Shown piece after piece: positions 12,724 to 25,098 of a stretch of 64,000 nt of DNA (positions within the stretch are counted from its first letter, which is position 1; every line of letters begins with the position of its first letter). The translations under genes were made by a program, and so were the position numbers. Location of the stretch: NCBI GenBank assembly GCA_013265495.1, contig MU058000.1:682001-746000 (forward strand). Reading direction: 5' to 3'. A model generated the notes under the pieces. That model did no database searches, was not told the DNA's origin, and saw nothing but the letters and a program-made list of their open reading frames with translations. The stretch comes from Vicugna vicugna (Eukaryota).

Positions 12724-14562
12724 CTGAGTTTTTGTCAGGCAGTCGGTTTATCCTCCACACAATGGAGTTGAAGGCATGCTCGTACTTGGCCGTTCCCAGA
12801 GTTACTCTCATGACAGGCTCAGAGCCAGAGACACTAGTGGAGCCAAAACTTGCCCCCCGGTTCACTTTGGCTTTCAAAGACTTTTCCCCCAGGACGCTTT
12901 CCCTGCGGAAGTTTTTCACCCACTCACTGGGCACCGGGTAGCGAACCATCACATTCTCACAGGGAACCTGAGTGAGAGGGTCGCAGTTGGAGGAGAAGCC
13001 GGTGGACATCCGCAGCCAGCTCTGCACCTCCACCTCTGCCCCATTGACACTTGCTGCCGTCCTGAGTGTGAAAGGCAAGGTCTTCTCAGCAAATACCGTC
13101 CTGAACCGCATTAGCTCAAACCGGCAGGCGTCCAGAGGGTTGAATAGGATAACCCGTGAGTTGTTGAACACATCCTCGTCCACACACCCGTGAAAATGGC
13201 ACTCGTGCAGCTTGATCCACTTGGTGGTGGTGGTGGGCATGATGTCTTGCCGGGAGACGATTTCGTTCCCCTTGACAAGGACGTCATTGAGACCCAAGCG
13301 GCACTCCGCAAGGCCAGAGAGGAAAGTCAGGATGTGGATCCGTGTCAAGACGTGGTGCTGGAGAATCTGGTTGTCTCCTTTACTCACAAGGCCAGAGAAT
13401 TCATCTCTGACATCCACTGTAATCTCCTCTTCAAGGTAGTTCAGGCCAACTGTGCTCAAGTCCATGGATGACACCGGCAGATCCATGAGATGGTCCTGAA
13501 CTGCACGGATGAAGCTCAGGAAGTCATCGTAACTAGTGGTACCCAGCTTAATCACCTGCTCCCTCTCCGCTGTGTGGGCCACAGCAGGCTTAGGCTGGTA
13601 TTTTTTCTTCTCCTTGTAGGTGACGCGGTCTATCCGCAAGCTGTGGATCCTGCCATTCTCATCATAGTTCTGGAGCCGTGGTTCTGAGATCTCATGGCAA
13701 GGCTCCAGCTTGAACTCACGGAATGGTTTTTCTAGGCCCTGCTCGTAATACAGCTGCAGGTAACCGCTGTCCGTTAGTTTGATGTAGATGGGTCCCCAGT
13801 GCCTGGAGGACATGATGTTTTTCTTCTCAGGGATCCTTAGCATCATGGGCCACCCATCTCTGGGCTGGGATGGTGCAGAGCCTGATGGGTGGTCATCTAA
13901 TTCAATCCAGGCTATGGGGTCATCATCAGGAAGTGTTGCACTACCTAAGTGATCAGGATCCTCAATTTGGAGTCGTTTGAGTTTTTCAACAGCATCTGAG
14001 TGTGACTGGTTTTTGCTTGAATCATCAAAACTGATGGCATCCTGGTAGATGACAATGAGGGAATCTCTTTGGCTTTTGCCCGTGGTACCAGAAATGGAAC
14101 TGTTTTGGGAGCGCCTCTCCTGCTCCTCAAAGAAAGCGATGAACGGGTTGATAGGGGAGGGCTGAATATCCTGTAGAGTCTCATTCAGAAAAGGATTGGT
14201 TGCTCTCCACGGTGGAGCCTCAGGCACGGAAGGTGGATGGTTCAAGGAGGAAATGTCCAGCTTCTGGACTTTGGAGAAGTTCATCAACGTGCTCTTGGGA
14301 CGCTCCCTCTTCTTAAAGGACTCAGTTGAGTTATAAGGTACCTCTGGGATCACAGATGCAATAGGTGGTGTTTTCGGCTTCAGAGGAGAGGTGATTGGTG
14401 GCAAAGGGCAGCTGACTTCATTGTCGTCAAAAGTGACCCAGCTGGGGAAACGAGCAGAGGTCACTGGAGTGGCAGGATGGCCGTTCATGGCTGGACTGCT
14501 AACCTGACAGGTGATGGCCTCCATCTCTACCTCTTCATCTTCCTGAAGAGAGGAAGAATTGT
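12724..14562 (-). CDS. STON2: STON2 large coding exon (1839 nt): Pro/Ser-rich region with WVTF and two NPF motifs, stonin-homology domain and most of the mu-homology domain
   Basis: 628-aa ORF 12716..14602 recognisable as stonin-2 (DNSSSLQEDEEVEME...GWPMMLRIPEKKNIMSSRHWGP...TAKYEHAFNSIVWRINRLPDKNS). Acceptor ttctccttttccttgtag| at 14563-14564 and donor TCAG|gtgggt at 12722-12723. Motifs: WVTF 14429-14440, NPF 14189-14197 and 14141-14149, KYE 12779-12787. Confidence 0.98.
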
Positions 14563-17222
14563 CTACAAGGAAAAGGAGAACATGTGAGGGGCTGCTATTC
14601 AAGGCCTCTAGAGATATGGGAATGAGGGATGACTAGAATTTTATCTGGAATCCAGTGAATTCCAAAGCAGCTCATCACCTGTCTCAAGTGCTTGGTTTTG
14701 TAAGAAGCACACCAGTAGGGCCATACGTTAAATGCAGTAAGAATACAAATGGGTCTGTCAATACAGAAGTCCCACTAGGACCCAGGTCCCTGGCAATTTA
14801 ACTCTTATACATTCTCCCTTTATTTCATAGAAGTTTCTCGAAGAGAGTTGCTACAAACTCTCTAAAAATGGTTTGGCAGTTTGTACTAAGGGTCTTACAA
14901 ATGTTCATGAACAATGACTTGTAGTCTCCCCCTAAGGAAATAAATCCAAATTGTAAACCAAGTTTTGAGTGACTGTTCAGAAATTCAGGCATACAATGGA
15001 ATAATACCCAGCCATTAAAATGTGAAATAAATAACATAAATCCGTAAAAAAGTATGTAGTATGATAAGAAAATGCTCATGAAATTAATTTCTTCTTTTTT
15101 CTCTAAAATACTTCCATCTTGGGGTTTATTTATTTTATGGAAGAAAAAAGATTATTACAAATAAAACTCCACCCGAGCAGGGCCTTCAAGGAAGGAGACA
15201 CAGGACTTGAGTTTCGATGCAGGAAAGATCCAAACCTTTTCAGTAAAGAGTCTGTGCGTCAGCTGGGGTTATGGGCAGGGAAGGGGAACGAAGTCCTTCA
15301 AGTCAAGGAGGAGCGGATTCTGATGGAGTGGCACAGGAAACACATAGGTGTCTGGCATATAGTACATACTCAGTAAAGGGTTGTTGACTGAATAAGTGAG
15401 AAAAGAAACTTTGCTTTGGAGTAATTCTTCTATTCTGTCTCTGGAGGAATGTGTATGGGGATCTCTGCCACTATTCCACCCAGGGTTTCTACTGCCAGAA
15501 ATTTGGAATCAAAGAGAAATGGATATGCAAATGGTTAAGTCAAATGGTTGAGTTTTCAGACCATCCTGCTTAACCTTCATGAATATCATATCCAACCACA
15601 CCAAATCAGCAATGTCACACAGAACTGGACACATAATGACACATGGGTGGGATGGCTGGCTTGTCATCCATCTTTCAAAGAATATTTATTCAAACAAATA
15701 GCAATTAGCTCTACTGAAAATCGTCATTCTGAAAATGTAGACTAAATACATGAGCATGCATGCGTACATGCCCACACTCACCCCAGAAATATAATAAGCA
15801 AAAGGTATTTTCTATATGTACAGCACCACAAAAGAACTTCACAGCATTTTAAAATGAAAGATGAGACTCTTCTTCAAATTAATCATTAATCCACTTTTGT
15901 AGATGCATACATGATTTATCTTCTAGAAAATGGAGGGAAGGGGTCAGGAAACAACCTAGATTTGCAGTACTTATATTTTTTTATTATTACTACTACCACC
16001 ATGACGGCGTGCGTTGTTGTTGTTACTGTAATGAAGACTACAGGGAACAGTGTGGCCCGGAGTAAAATATAATCACTTCCTTGGAATGGTAACTAATCCT
16101 CCCCAGAGAACTGGGAGAGGGGTGTATCTCAAAATGCATCACTTTCTAATAAGGCAGCTCCACGGAGTTTTTGTAAGCAGTGTTTCCACCCAAACAGTCT
16201 GGCACTGACCCATCCCTTGTACCAGGGATCTCCTTTTTGCCTTGGAGCTGATTGCCACTCCCTAGTTTAAAACGTGCCCTGAGTCCTTTTCCTTTGGAGG
16301 GTGGCTTTCTGCCAAAGCTGCTTATTCTTGCTGCCACAGGATTCTCTTCTGTTGGGAATCTTGCCCCCCCCCCGCCCCCGCCCCAACAGCACTTCTCATC
16401 TTCCTCTTCTAAGCCAAAAAAGAAGGGGAAAAAAGGCCTTTGTCTGCTTACAATAAATCTGTTTTTAAAGCAAGTTACTTGAAACCATACCAAGTTCTAG
16501 ACAGTTTTGAAGCATTAGACTCACAACACAATTTAAGTGCAGTGTCTTTAAATTTGGAGGGAAATTTTCTGAATTTGTTTCTAAAGAGTCTATATTCTCT
16601 TTGACAGCCATTAAAAAGTATTGGAAAACTTTGTTACCAAATTACCTCTCCTTAGGCAGTTTCATCTTCCATGATTACAACCTGCTTTAAAAATCCATCC
16701 TTTGGGATGGTAGTGGGATATAGGTCAAATTTCTGAAAATGAGAACTTGTTTTTCTACAAAATCATACTTGCACATATAATTACACAAAAGAAATAAAAA
16801 ATATCTTAAGACACTTTTATAGATGAAAAGCAACAGTGGTCCATAGTGCACATAGGTCATAGTGGTTCGTATTTTCATAGAAAAATAAAGCATTTCTTGA
16901 GGTGAACCCAAGCACTGCCAAATACTACTTTAAAAAAAAAATCCCCTATTAATATTGAATTCCCTATTTGTGAGCTCTTAATTCTGTTTCTTTTATCATT
17001 GAAGGACATCTTCAATTGTATTTATAAAGGTTAGGTCATATATTTTCTGAGCCTCCTTTCATTAAAGGATGTTCTTTGAGACTTTCACATATAAAAAGCA
17101 ACTTACCTAAATGGAAAATTTCTGGGGGAAAACATTTGTATCATATGTGATGAAAACTTGATGTCCTTAATATAGAATGACAGTGTATCCTTAATAAAAA
17201 TGACTACAAAAAAATAGGATAA

Positions 17223-17534
17223 AAAACAAAAACAAACAAAAACAAAGCATAAATACAGGACAGAAATAGACTCATGGACAGAGAATACAGACTTGTGGTT
17301 ACGGGGGGGGGTAGAGGGTGGGAAGGGATAGACTGGGATTTCAAAATTGTAGAATAAATAAACAAGATTACACTGTATAGCACAGGGAAATATACACAAA
17401 ATGTTATGATAAATCACAGAGAAAAAAATGTGACAATGAGTGTGTATATGTCCATGAATGACTGAAAAATTGTGCTGAACACTGGAATTTGACACAACAC
17501 TGTAAAATGATTATGAATCAATAAAAAATGTAAA
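17223..17534 (+). mobile_element. Short 5'-truncated LINE-1 3'UTR, near-identical to 24780-25098
   Basis: Direct sequence match to the copy at 24.8-25.1 kb. TSD of about 15 bp, aaaaaaataggataa, on both sides. Confidence 0.92.
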
Positions 17535-17549
17535 AAAAAAATAGGATAA

Positions 17550-18040
17550 GTACAGTCAATTCACTAATGAAGAAATAAAATATCTATTAACTATTTGGAA
17601 AAAGGAGCTTAACCTTATAAAACAATAAATATTCTCTCTGTGTCAGAGAGACAAAGATTTGAAAAGAATCATCATCATTATTGGTGATACAGGGAAACAT
17701 ACACTCAAATGTCCTAAGTGTTAAAAAAAAATCTTTCTGGAAGGCAATTTGAGTATTTGCACAAAAGTCTCAAAAAAACGAAACCAAGAATTCTACTTAC
17801 AGGAGTCTATGTAAGGAAAGAACAAGACAGGCATGCAATGATGTATATGGTGGTATGTTTACCATGGTAATGTTTGTATCATGGAAAAATTGGAAACAAC
17901 CTAAATGTCCAACAATGGGAGATTGAGTATATCAACTGTTATCCCCTTAAAACAAAATTCCATGTAACAATCAAGACAATGCTGTTTCTGTATGTTTATT
18001 TACATGGAAACTGATCATGATATATATTGTTAAGTGAATA
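17550..18040 (+). mobile_element. Ancient L1M fragment
   Basis: aattggaaacaacctaaatgtccaacaatggga motif and A-rich composition. Confidence 0.6.
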
Positions 18041-18183
18041 AGAGCCTATGATGTGGAGTCGAACTGCGTGGGTTTCAATTCCATATCTGCAGCTTATTAG
18101 CTGTGTGACTTTGGGTGAGTTGTTTAATGTCTCTGTGTCTCACGTTTCACATCTTATGAAACTAGGAAAATTTGAAATCCTAG

Positions 18184-18820
18184 TGAGACAGGAAGGGGGC
18201 AGGGCACAGCCATTCAAGGAATGCTACAGAAATTAACATCAAAATGGTGAAGGATTCAAACCCCAGTAGGCCTTGAGGCTCAGGATGATGAGAGATTTAA
18301 CTTCTAGTAGATTTTGAGCTTCATTATACGCTCATTGTAATATATTAACATGGTGAATAACATGCCCACAGGCACCATGGCAGTCCCAAGGCTAGCCACA
18401 AGAGGTCAAAGAGTGGAAAATGGACAACTTTCTGGGAATCCCAGCCCCTTCCCCTTAGACTGGTCCTTCTACTTATTAGCATATAAAGACACCAAGCCCA
18501 TAAAAACTAGCAACACAGCGCCTGTGGCCGCTCCCCTCTCTCTCCCTCTTCGGAGACGGCCTGCATTCTGTCTTTGGAATGTGTACCTACTTTTAATCTG
18601 AGCACCCAACCCCCACACCTTGTGGCCTTTCTCTTGCCTTTCAATGTATCTCTGAATAAATCTACCTTCACTCAACTGTGGCTCGCTCTTGAATTCTTTC
18701 CTGTGCGAAGCCAAGGAATTCCTGTGCGAAGGACCCACACTTGGTGGGGCATGTCCCAGGGGCTCAACCGAGACCTGGGACACAGCCCTTCTCATGCCCC
18801 ACATCTGTTTTCCTGCATCA
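18184..18820 (+). mobile_element. ERV1-type solo LTR inserted in a MIR
   Basis: TG...CA termini (tgagacagg...cctgcatca), TATA-like atataaag near 18481, AATAAA 18655-18660, 4-bp TSD ctag/ctac. MIR halves flank it. Confidence 0.85.
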
Positions 18821-19961
18821 CTACCTACCACAATTGGGTTGCTGGAAAAATTTAATACAGATGTTAGAACTGTGTTTGGCAAATCAAAATGTTCAGTAGA
18901 CGTCCATGGCTGTAACTATTGCTGTGGCTGCTAGAATGATACATATTCATGATACAAAGCATATATGTATTAAAAAGCTTTTTGAAGTGAAAACAAGTGT
19001 TTCATGTGGGGTAAGAGGTGCTTTTTAAAATTCTGAATCTGTATTCTCTCTTTTTCAAAAATGCTGTATTGCTTACAAAGTAAAGAAGTTTTAAAGGTCA
19101 AAACATATCTTTATTCCTCCCACTAATTAACCTTAGAGAAAGAAAACCAACAGCTTAGCTGTGGTCCGTGTTGATAAAGCGGCAGCTAGATCTTTCCCAA
19201 GAAGCTTGTGACTGGTGTGGCTGGTACTGGAACCAACATGGAGGGGAAAAAAGGCTGGCGAATGTCTCCACTAAGAAATAGGCAAAACTAATTATCCTCA
19301 GAACAACATTAACTATCATCGACAATTCCAATTTATTGACTCATTAGAATAAAACCAAAAATCCAGCATTATTTTAATTACCATCTCTTCCACTTGCTAC
19401 CTCCAGCCTGCTTGCAGTATTATGAGCTGGGCTGCCGCCAGACAAAAGCCATGCGTGGAGATTAGTTTCTCTTCCTACATCACAAGGAGAATTTCCTGTA
19501 CCTAAGAGCTTCCTTCGCACCTTTACTGATGCAAACTGAAGAGAAATGGTGGATTCTGCTAATGTGAGACTGCGACCTATTTTAAGTTCCCCAAAGATTA
19601 AATTAAATGATTACAATGGTATTCAAAGCCACCAAACTGATGAAAAAGTTAGCACTATGGGGGGGGGGAATCACATCTTCTATGATATTGTGAATAAGGA
19701 AGATACTCTGCCATTTTCCTCCCCCCTTTGTTAACCTAATTTGTTAATGCAATGACAAATGCAAAGAACTTACTGAGAGCTCTTTGTCAGAATTTATTAG
19801 CAGTGGCAAGAACAAAATATCCTTGCATTATTGCAGCTTTCTCATCAGTCACTGTTATATAAATGCATATATTTAAAACTGTATGACTGCCTCGGATGCA
19901 TGGTAGGCATTTCTCAGCCTTAAAGGGATTTTAGAAATACTAAAACATGACCCCTTCATTC

Positions 19962-20593
19962 TGAGACAGGAGGGAAGGGGGCAGGGCACAGCCACTCAAG
20001 GAATGACAGCAATTTAACACCAAAATGGTGGAAGATTCAACTTCCAGTTGGCCTTGAGGATTAAGCTGGTGGGAGGTTTGACTTCTAGTAGACCTTGAGC
20101 TTCATTATATGCTCTTTGTAACAGCTTGATAACATGCCCACAGGTGCCATGACTAACCACAAAAGGCCAAAGAATGGGTGGTGGCCCAATTCCTGGGAAT
20201 CCTAATCCCTTCCCCAGGGTAGTTGGAATGGTCCCACCAGTAGGCATGTAAAGCTCCCAAGCCCATAAAAACTGGCAAGACCACACCTAGCCGTCCTTTC
20301 TCACTCCCTCCCGCTCGGAGACAGCCTGCCCTCTGTCCATGGAGTGTGTACCTACTTTTACTTTAACCTGAGCACCCAATTCCCACACCCCTTTCCTTGC
20401 CTTTCTCTTGCCGTACACTCTATGCAGTATGTATCTTTCTAAATAAATCTACCTTTACTCAACTGTGGCTCGCACTTGAATTCTTTCCTGTGCGAAGCCA
20501 AGGACCCCCACCTGGCGGGGCAGGTCCCAGGGGCCCCACCAAGACCACGAAGACAGGGCCCTCCTCATGCCCCACATCCATTTTCCTGCATCA
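19962..20593 (+). mobile_element. ERV1-type solo LTR, same family as 18184-18820
   Basis: Same termini and colinear similarity; AATAAA 20442-20447; TSD attc/attt. Confidence 0.85.
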
Positions 20594-23500
20594 ATTTTGC
20601 CAAGGAGACTGAGTCTCAATGAGTTTAGGTCAACTGCCCAAGAGGGAATTAAAAATCAAGCCCTACTTTTAATATTCATTAACTTTTTTTTAATACCTTT
20701 ATTGTGGTATGGTACAGTAAGTGACATGTATTTTAGATGTCCAATTTGATGAATTTTGATAGCTGTATACACCCATGAAAACACCATCATGATCAAGACA
20801 GCTAACATTTCCATCCCTCCCCAAGAAGTGCATTTTTGAATTCCCAGTGTATCCCTTCCCACCTCCTTTATCCCCTGGTAACCATAAGTTTGTTCTCTAT
20901 GTTTCAACTCTTATTTTCTAAATGCTTGTTCATTAAGTTAAAATCTTGTTAATTTACCTTTGAGACTGGCAAGAGTTATCCTGACAGAGAACTTTTTAGG
21001 AGTGTTGTTCAGTGGGAGAAAAGTTAACTAAACAAGGATTGACATTTATATAGGGAAGCTTTGGGGCATCAAGGCATGTATCTCCTCATGTGTGAATGTG
21101 TATGGGTGAGAGAAAGGAGTTAGTCATCTGAATCTTATCAAGGGAGGCTCTAACTTGGATAAAATAATCTCAGACCTACTCAGCTATCATAATACACTGA
21201 TAAAAAGGAGAGCTGCAGGGTCTGAGTCTGTTTATCTGTCCTCAGCTTTGTCCTGAAGAGGGGATGCTCTGATGCTGGTCAGAGGTCTCCCCAAAGTGAT
21301 GAAGCCAATTCACCAAACTACCACTTACCACTACTTGACAGAATCCCTATCAAGAACATCTTTACACCATGTTCTGGTTTTTCTTTGCCAAGATGATCTA
21401 AGAAGCAGTACTGAGTACCTTCCTCAAATGACTGGTCCAGCTCGCCCTGCCAACTCCCTCCCTGCTTTTCAAGATGGGCTGACCCAACACATTTCATCAC
21501 CTTTTTTGCTTAGAAAAGTAAGCATCAGACTTTAAGTTTGATGAATGGCCTGGGAACATCTCCAACATCTTGTGTATTCCTAATCAATCTGCTCTCTCTG
21601 GCTCTAAACCTTTGCCTGTGTTTTACCACTGCCCACTTCCCCAGGCCTTCTTCAGTACTCAGCCTTTGGATCCTTGCTTCTGGTATCCTCCTCCAACAAC
21701 TAAATTTCCACTCAACTGGCTTACTAGTTCCCTGACTTAATTTGCTTTTCTGATATCAGCTTCTTATATTGTCTTAGATGAAGGCTCTATTCTCTAACTG
21801 TCACCTGGGCAGAGATCCCGCTATATAATACCTTACTGTTGTCTGATGGGGCCAACTTCATTTCCCCAGCAGAGGTCATAGGCAGGGGACAGAGCTAGAT
21901 TCCAATATCTATGGTAAACTGAAAAATGAGCATTCCATTTTGTAAATTAATCTCTTAACATTTTATATATCAGGGCATCTCAGAGATTTAATACCTGCTG
22001 ACCTCACCTGACCTGTGTTTTATTTATTTATTTATTGTTGCTATAGCAAAAAGCCCTCCCATCCTCCACTATTTTCCAAGCCCACCAAAGAGGAATGAAC
22101 AAAGAGGAGTTTCTAGGCCCTGAGCCCGTCTGGATGGACTGTGAAGCTCTCTGCTTAATGGACCATCAAACTCTTCTATGATGGGACAACATAGTAGTTC
22201 AGGAGTTTAAAACACAAGGAGTGACATCCAGATGTCACTGTCAGAGAAAACGTATGGTAGGGCAAGGGAAAAAAGGGTCTCCATCTTGACTCTGACTTGA
22301 GCACAGCTTTTATGCCCGGGAAATGGACTGCCTGAAGGGGCACTGAGCAAGCTCCCCAAACAGCAGCAGGTCTACAGTTCCCATGCCCTTAACTGTGACC
22401 AGGACAAGTCACTCTGATCAGGACTGCCTTTCCCACTGCCACAGTGGGAGTCTCATCTGTGTATGCCCCAATGTCTGCACTCACTATTCACCTGGTCACC
22501 GTGTAGGATACACCTCAGCAACAACCCAGGATGCTTGTAAGCTCCAAGGAACCACTGGACCCCTAAGGGGTGGGGAACAGTCAAGGCTGTGGACTTCAGT
22601 GAAGGAATAGGGTACATCTTAAAGTAGGATTAGAAGAGACTCGTTTCTGCTGTTACCTTTGGTCAGAGATCTCAGTTTCTAAGCTCCTCATCACTCTTGG
22701 GTGAGCAGGTTAAATCAGGTTTCGGGTTTTGTAAGGTGATCCCTAAATCCTGGAACTCCTGAGGAAAGTAAAGACACACTTCACTACCTTTACTATCTCA
22801 ACTGCAGCAGTTAGAAACAGAGAAAGAATCAGATTTATGAAGGATTAGGGAGCAGCCATGGATAAGGTTTGGACTATCCTACTGGTTATGTTGGTGAGTA
22901 ACAGAAAGCAGCTATGTCTCAGAGAGGATGTCAAAGTGGCCAAATGAAATTAACCTAGAGATTTCAGCTTCACCAATGGCTCTGTCATCTCCCTCTCTGC
23001 CCCCTTCAATACATGGGTCTAATTTTACCTGGTACTAATGTCCAACCAATCAGTAGATGCCCCAGTAGAGGCAGGGGCTCACCATCCTCTTTATGTATAA
23101 TTCTGCTAGGTCTGCCTTCCATTGCATGGGTCATGGAGCGCCTGCACTATGGGCATGGACCCCTGCCTACTTATTCTGGGGTGGAGCCTGAAAGTCTTAT
23201 CAGTCTCACCTGCTTGGAAGTGTCTAACCTGATGAGCTGGTACACTTTAAGCACACACAGCAATGCCTTCTTTCCCTTCACAGTCCTGAAACAGTTATAG
23301 AGTAGAGCCATTCTACTGTAGACCAGATTCAAAGTCGGATCATTTCGAACTTTAGTGATGGGAAGTGCTATTTCTCCAAATTTGGTTCTGTAAATGTGGT
23401 CAAAGGGCAGAGAAACAGAGCTGGGGACTCTCATGAATTACTACATGTGCTTGTGTACAAGTGCATTTACTGGGAATGAGAACAGGCATTCTGAATGAGT

Positions 23501-24244
23501 CTGTATCAAGCCTATCTTCCATTTGCTAATCTGCTAGAATGTAACACAGCTTCCAGGAGAAAGTCAAAAGGTTTGCTGGGGATACAGGGTACAATCAGCT
23601 GGGCTAAGACCACTCATAGAAGGTTAGGAGCAATTCCTGCAAACTGAAAGGATTTGTACAAATGACGACCACCCAAAGCTCCTTGCTCTGTATGTGGATT
23701 TTCCAGCAATGACAACAACAAAAATAACCAAACAGCTCCTGTATGCAGCAAGCCACTTCTTTGCAATTGAATTTGGAGTTGATAATTTGATTTCATTTCA
23801 GTTCTTGTCTAGCTCCCTTTTAGTTACCAAGATCAAAGGAGACATTCTTACAGACTGACGGTAGGTGCAATTTATAAACTGTAAACATACCAAGTTAAAA
23901 TAATTTATCAGAAAAACAGCAAACAGCTAGTTTCTAGCATGACAATAGATTTAGTCTAGCAGGTGGCAATCTATCTGTACTCCTGAACCTGTCCAATTTT
24001 TCAGAAGACCTCATAAGGTAGGTAATCTGCAGGCAAACACAGAGTGAAAAGCTATTGCTGGATGATTCATATATTCAGTACTTTTCCTGACTTACTACAG
24101 CACCCTCGCCATCCAGCATACATATACCAGTGTCTCCTGGGATACAAGGCCCATAAAGGGAGATGTAGCTTGAAAGTGGCTTGTACTAACACTGGATTGA
24201 GTTCCTGGCCCCATGTCTTCACTACCTGTTTTATGCCACTGCAG

Positions 24245-24450
24245 GCAGTAGAGGGTAAGGCTTGGGTTTGGGGTCTGGAGTCAGACTGACCTGGCCTTGC
24301 CATTAGAAAACTGTGCCTGTGACCTTGGGCACAGTACTTAGCCATCGCTAAGCCTCAGCGTTTATCAGCTCTTCAGGGGAATAATAACAGTATGTACTTC
24401 ATAAGATTGCTGTGAAGGTAAGTGAGATCATTAATGGACACTGGGTTTAA
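24245..24450 (+). mobile_element. MIR SINE
   Basis: tctggagtcagac...tgtgaccttgggca...gcctcag...gggataataacagta. Confidence 0.7.
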
Positions 24451-24494
24451 CTGGCCCACAGCTCAAGAAACATTAACTACCACAACAAAAAATA

Positions 24495-25098
24495 TATATC
24501 CAGAAGGAAATCTACTTCAGGATGACACCTGCACTCCAATGTTCATAGCAGCACTATTTACAATAGCCAAAACATGGAAACAGCCTAAATGTCCATCAAC
24601 AGGTGACTGGATAAAGAAGATGTGGTATATTTATACAATGGAATACTACTCAGCCATAAAAACTGACAACATAATGCCATTTGCAGCAACATGGATGCTC
24701 CTGGAGAATGTCATTCTAAGTGAAGTAAGCCAGAAAGAGAAAGAAAAATACCATATGAGATGGCTCATGTGTGGAATCAAAAAAACAAAAACAAACAAAA
24801 CAAAAACAAAGCATAAATACAGGACAGAAATACTCATGGACAGAGAATACAGACTTGTGGTTACCAGAGGGGCAGAGGGTGGGAAGGGATAGACTGGGAT
24901 TTCAAAGTTGTAGAATAGATAAACAAGATTACACTGTATAGCACAGGGAAATATACACAAAATGTTATGATAAATCACAGAGAAAAAAATGTGACAATGA
25001 GTGTGTATATGTCCATGAATGACTGAAAAATTGTGCTGAACACTGGAATTTGACACAACATTGTAAAATGATTATAAATCAATAAAAAATGTTAAAAA
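24495..25098 (+). mobile_element. 5'-truncated young LINE-1 (end of ORF2 plus 3'UTR)
   Basis: Encodes TCTPMFIAALFTIAKTWKQPKCPS..WIKKMWYIYTMEYYSAIK (L1 ORF2 C-terminus). AATAAA and A-tail present, flanked by aaaaaatatatat direct repeats. Confidence 0.93.

Noticed and set aside
12549..13687. Several plus-strand ORFs overlapping the large exon (also 6708..7247)
   Set aside because: They are antisense shadows of STON2 coding sequence with no independent gene structure.
14563..14602. N-terminal extension MNSSPSHVLLFLV of the 628-aa ORF as a start
   Set aside because: It begins at TTG, not ATG, and is the intronic polypyrimidine tract before a clear acceptor.
18184..20593. Provirus or non-autonomous LTR element with a 1.1-kb internal region
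   Set aside because: Each LTR has its own TSD, the outer flanks do not match, MIR sequence resumes after the first LTR, and no PBS, PPT or gag/pol remnants are visible.
24422..24892. 156-aa ORF as a host gene
   Set aside because: It is an L1 ORF2 C-terminal remnant fused by chance to MIR/flank sequence.
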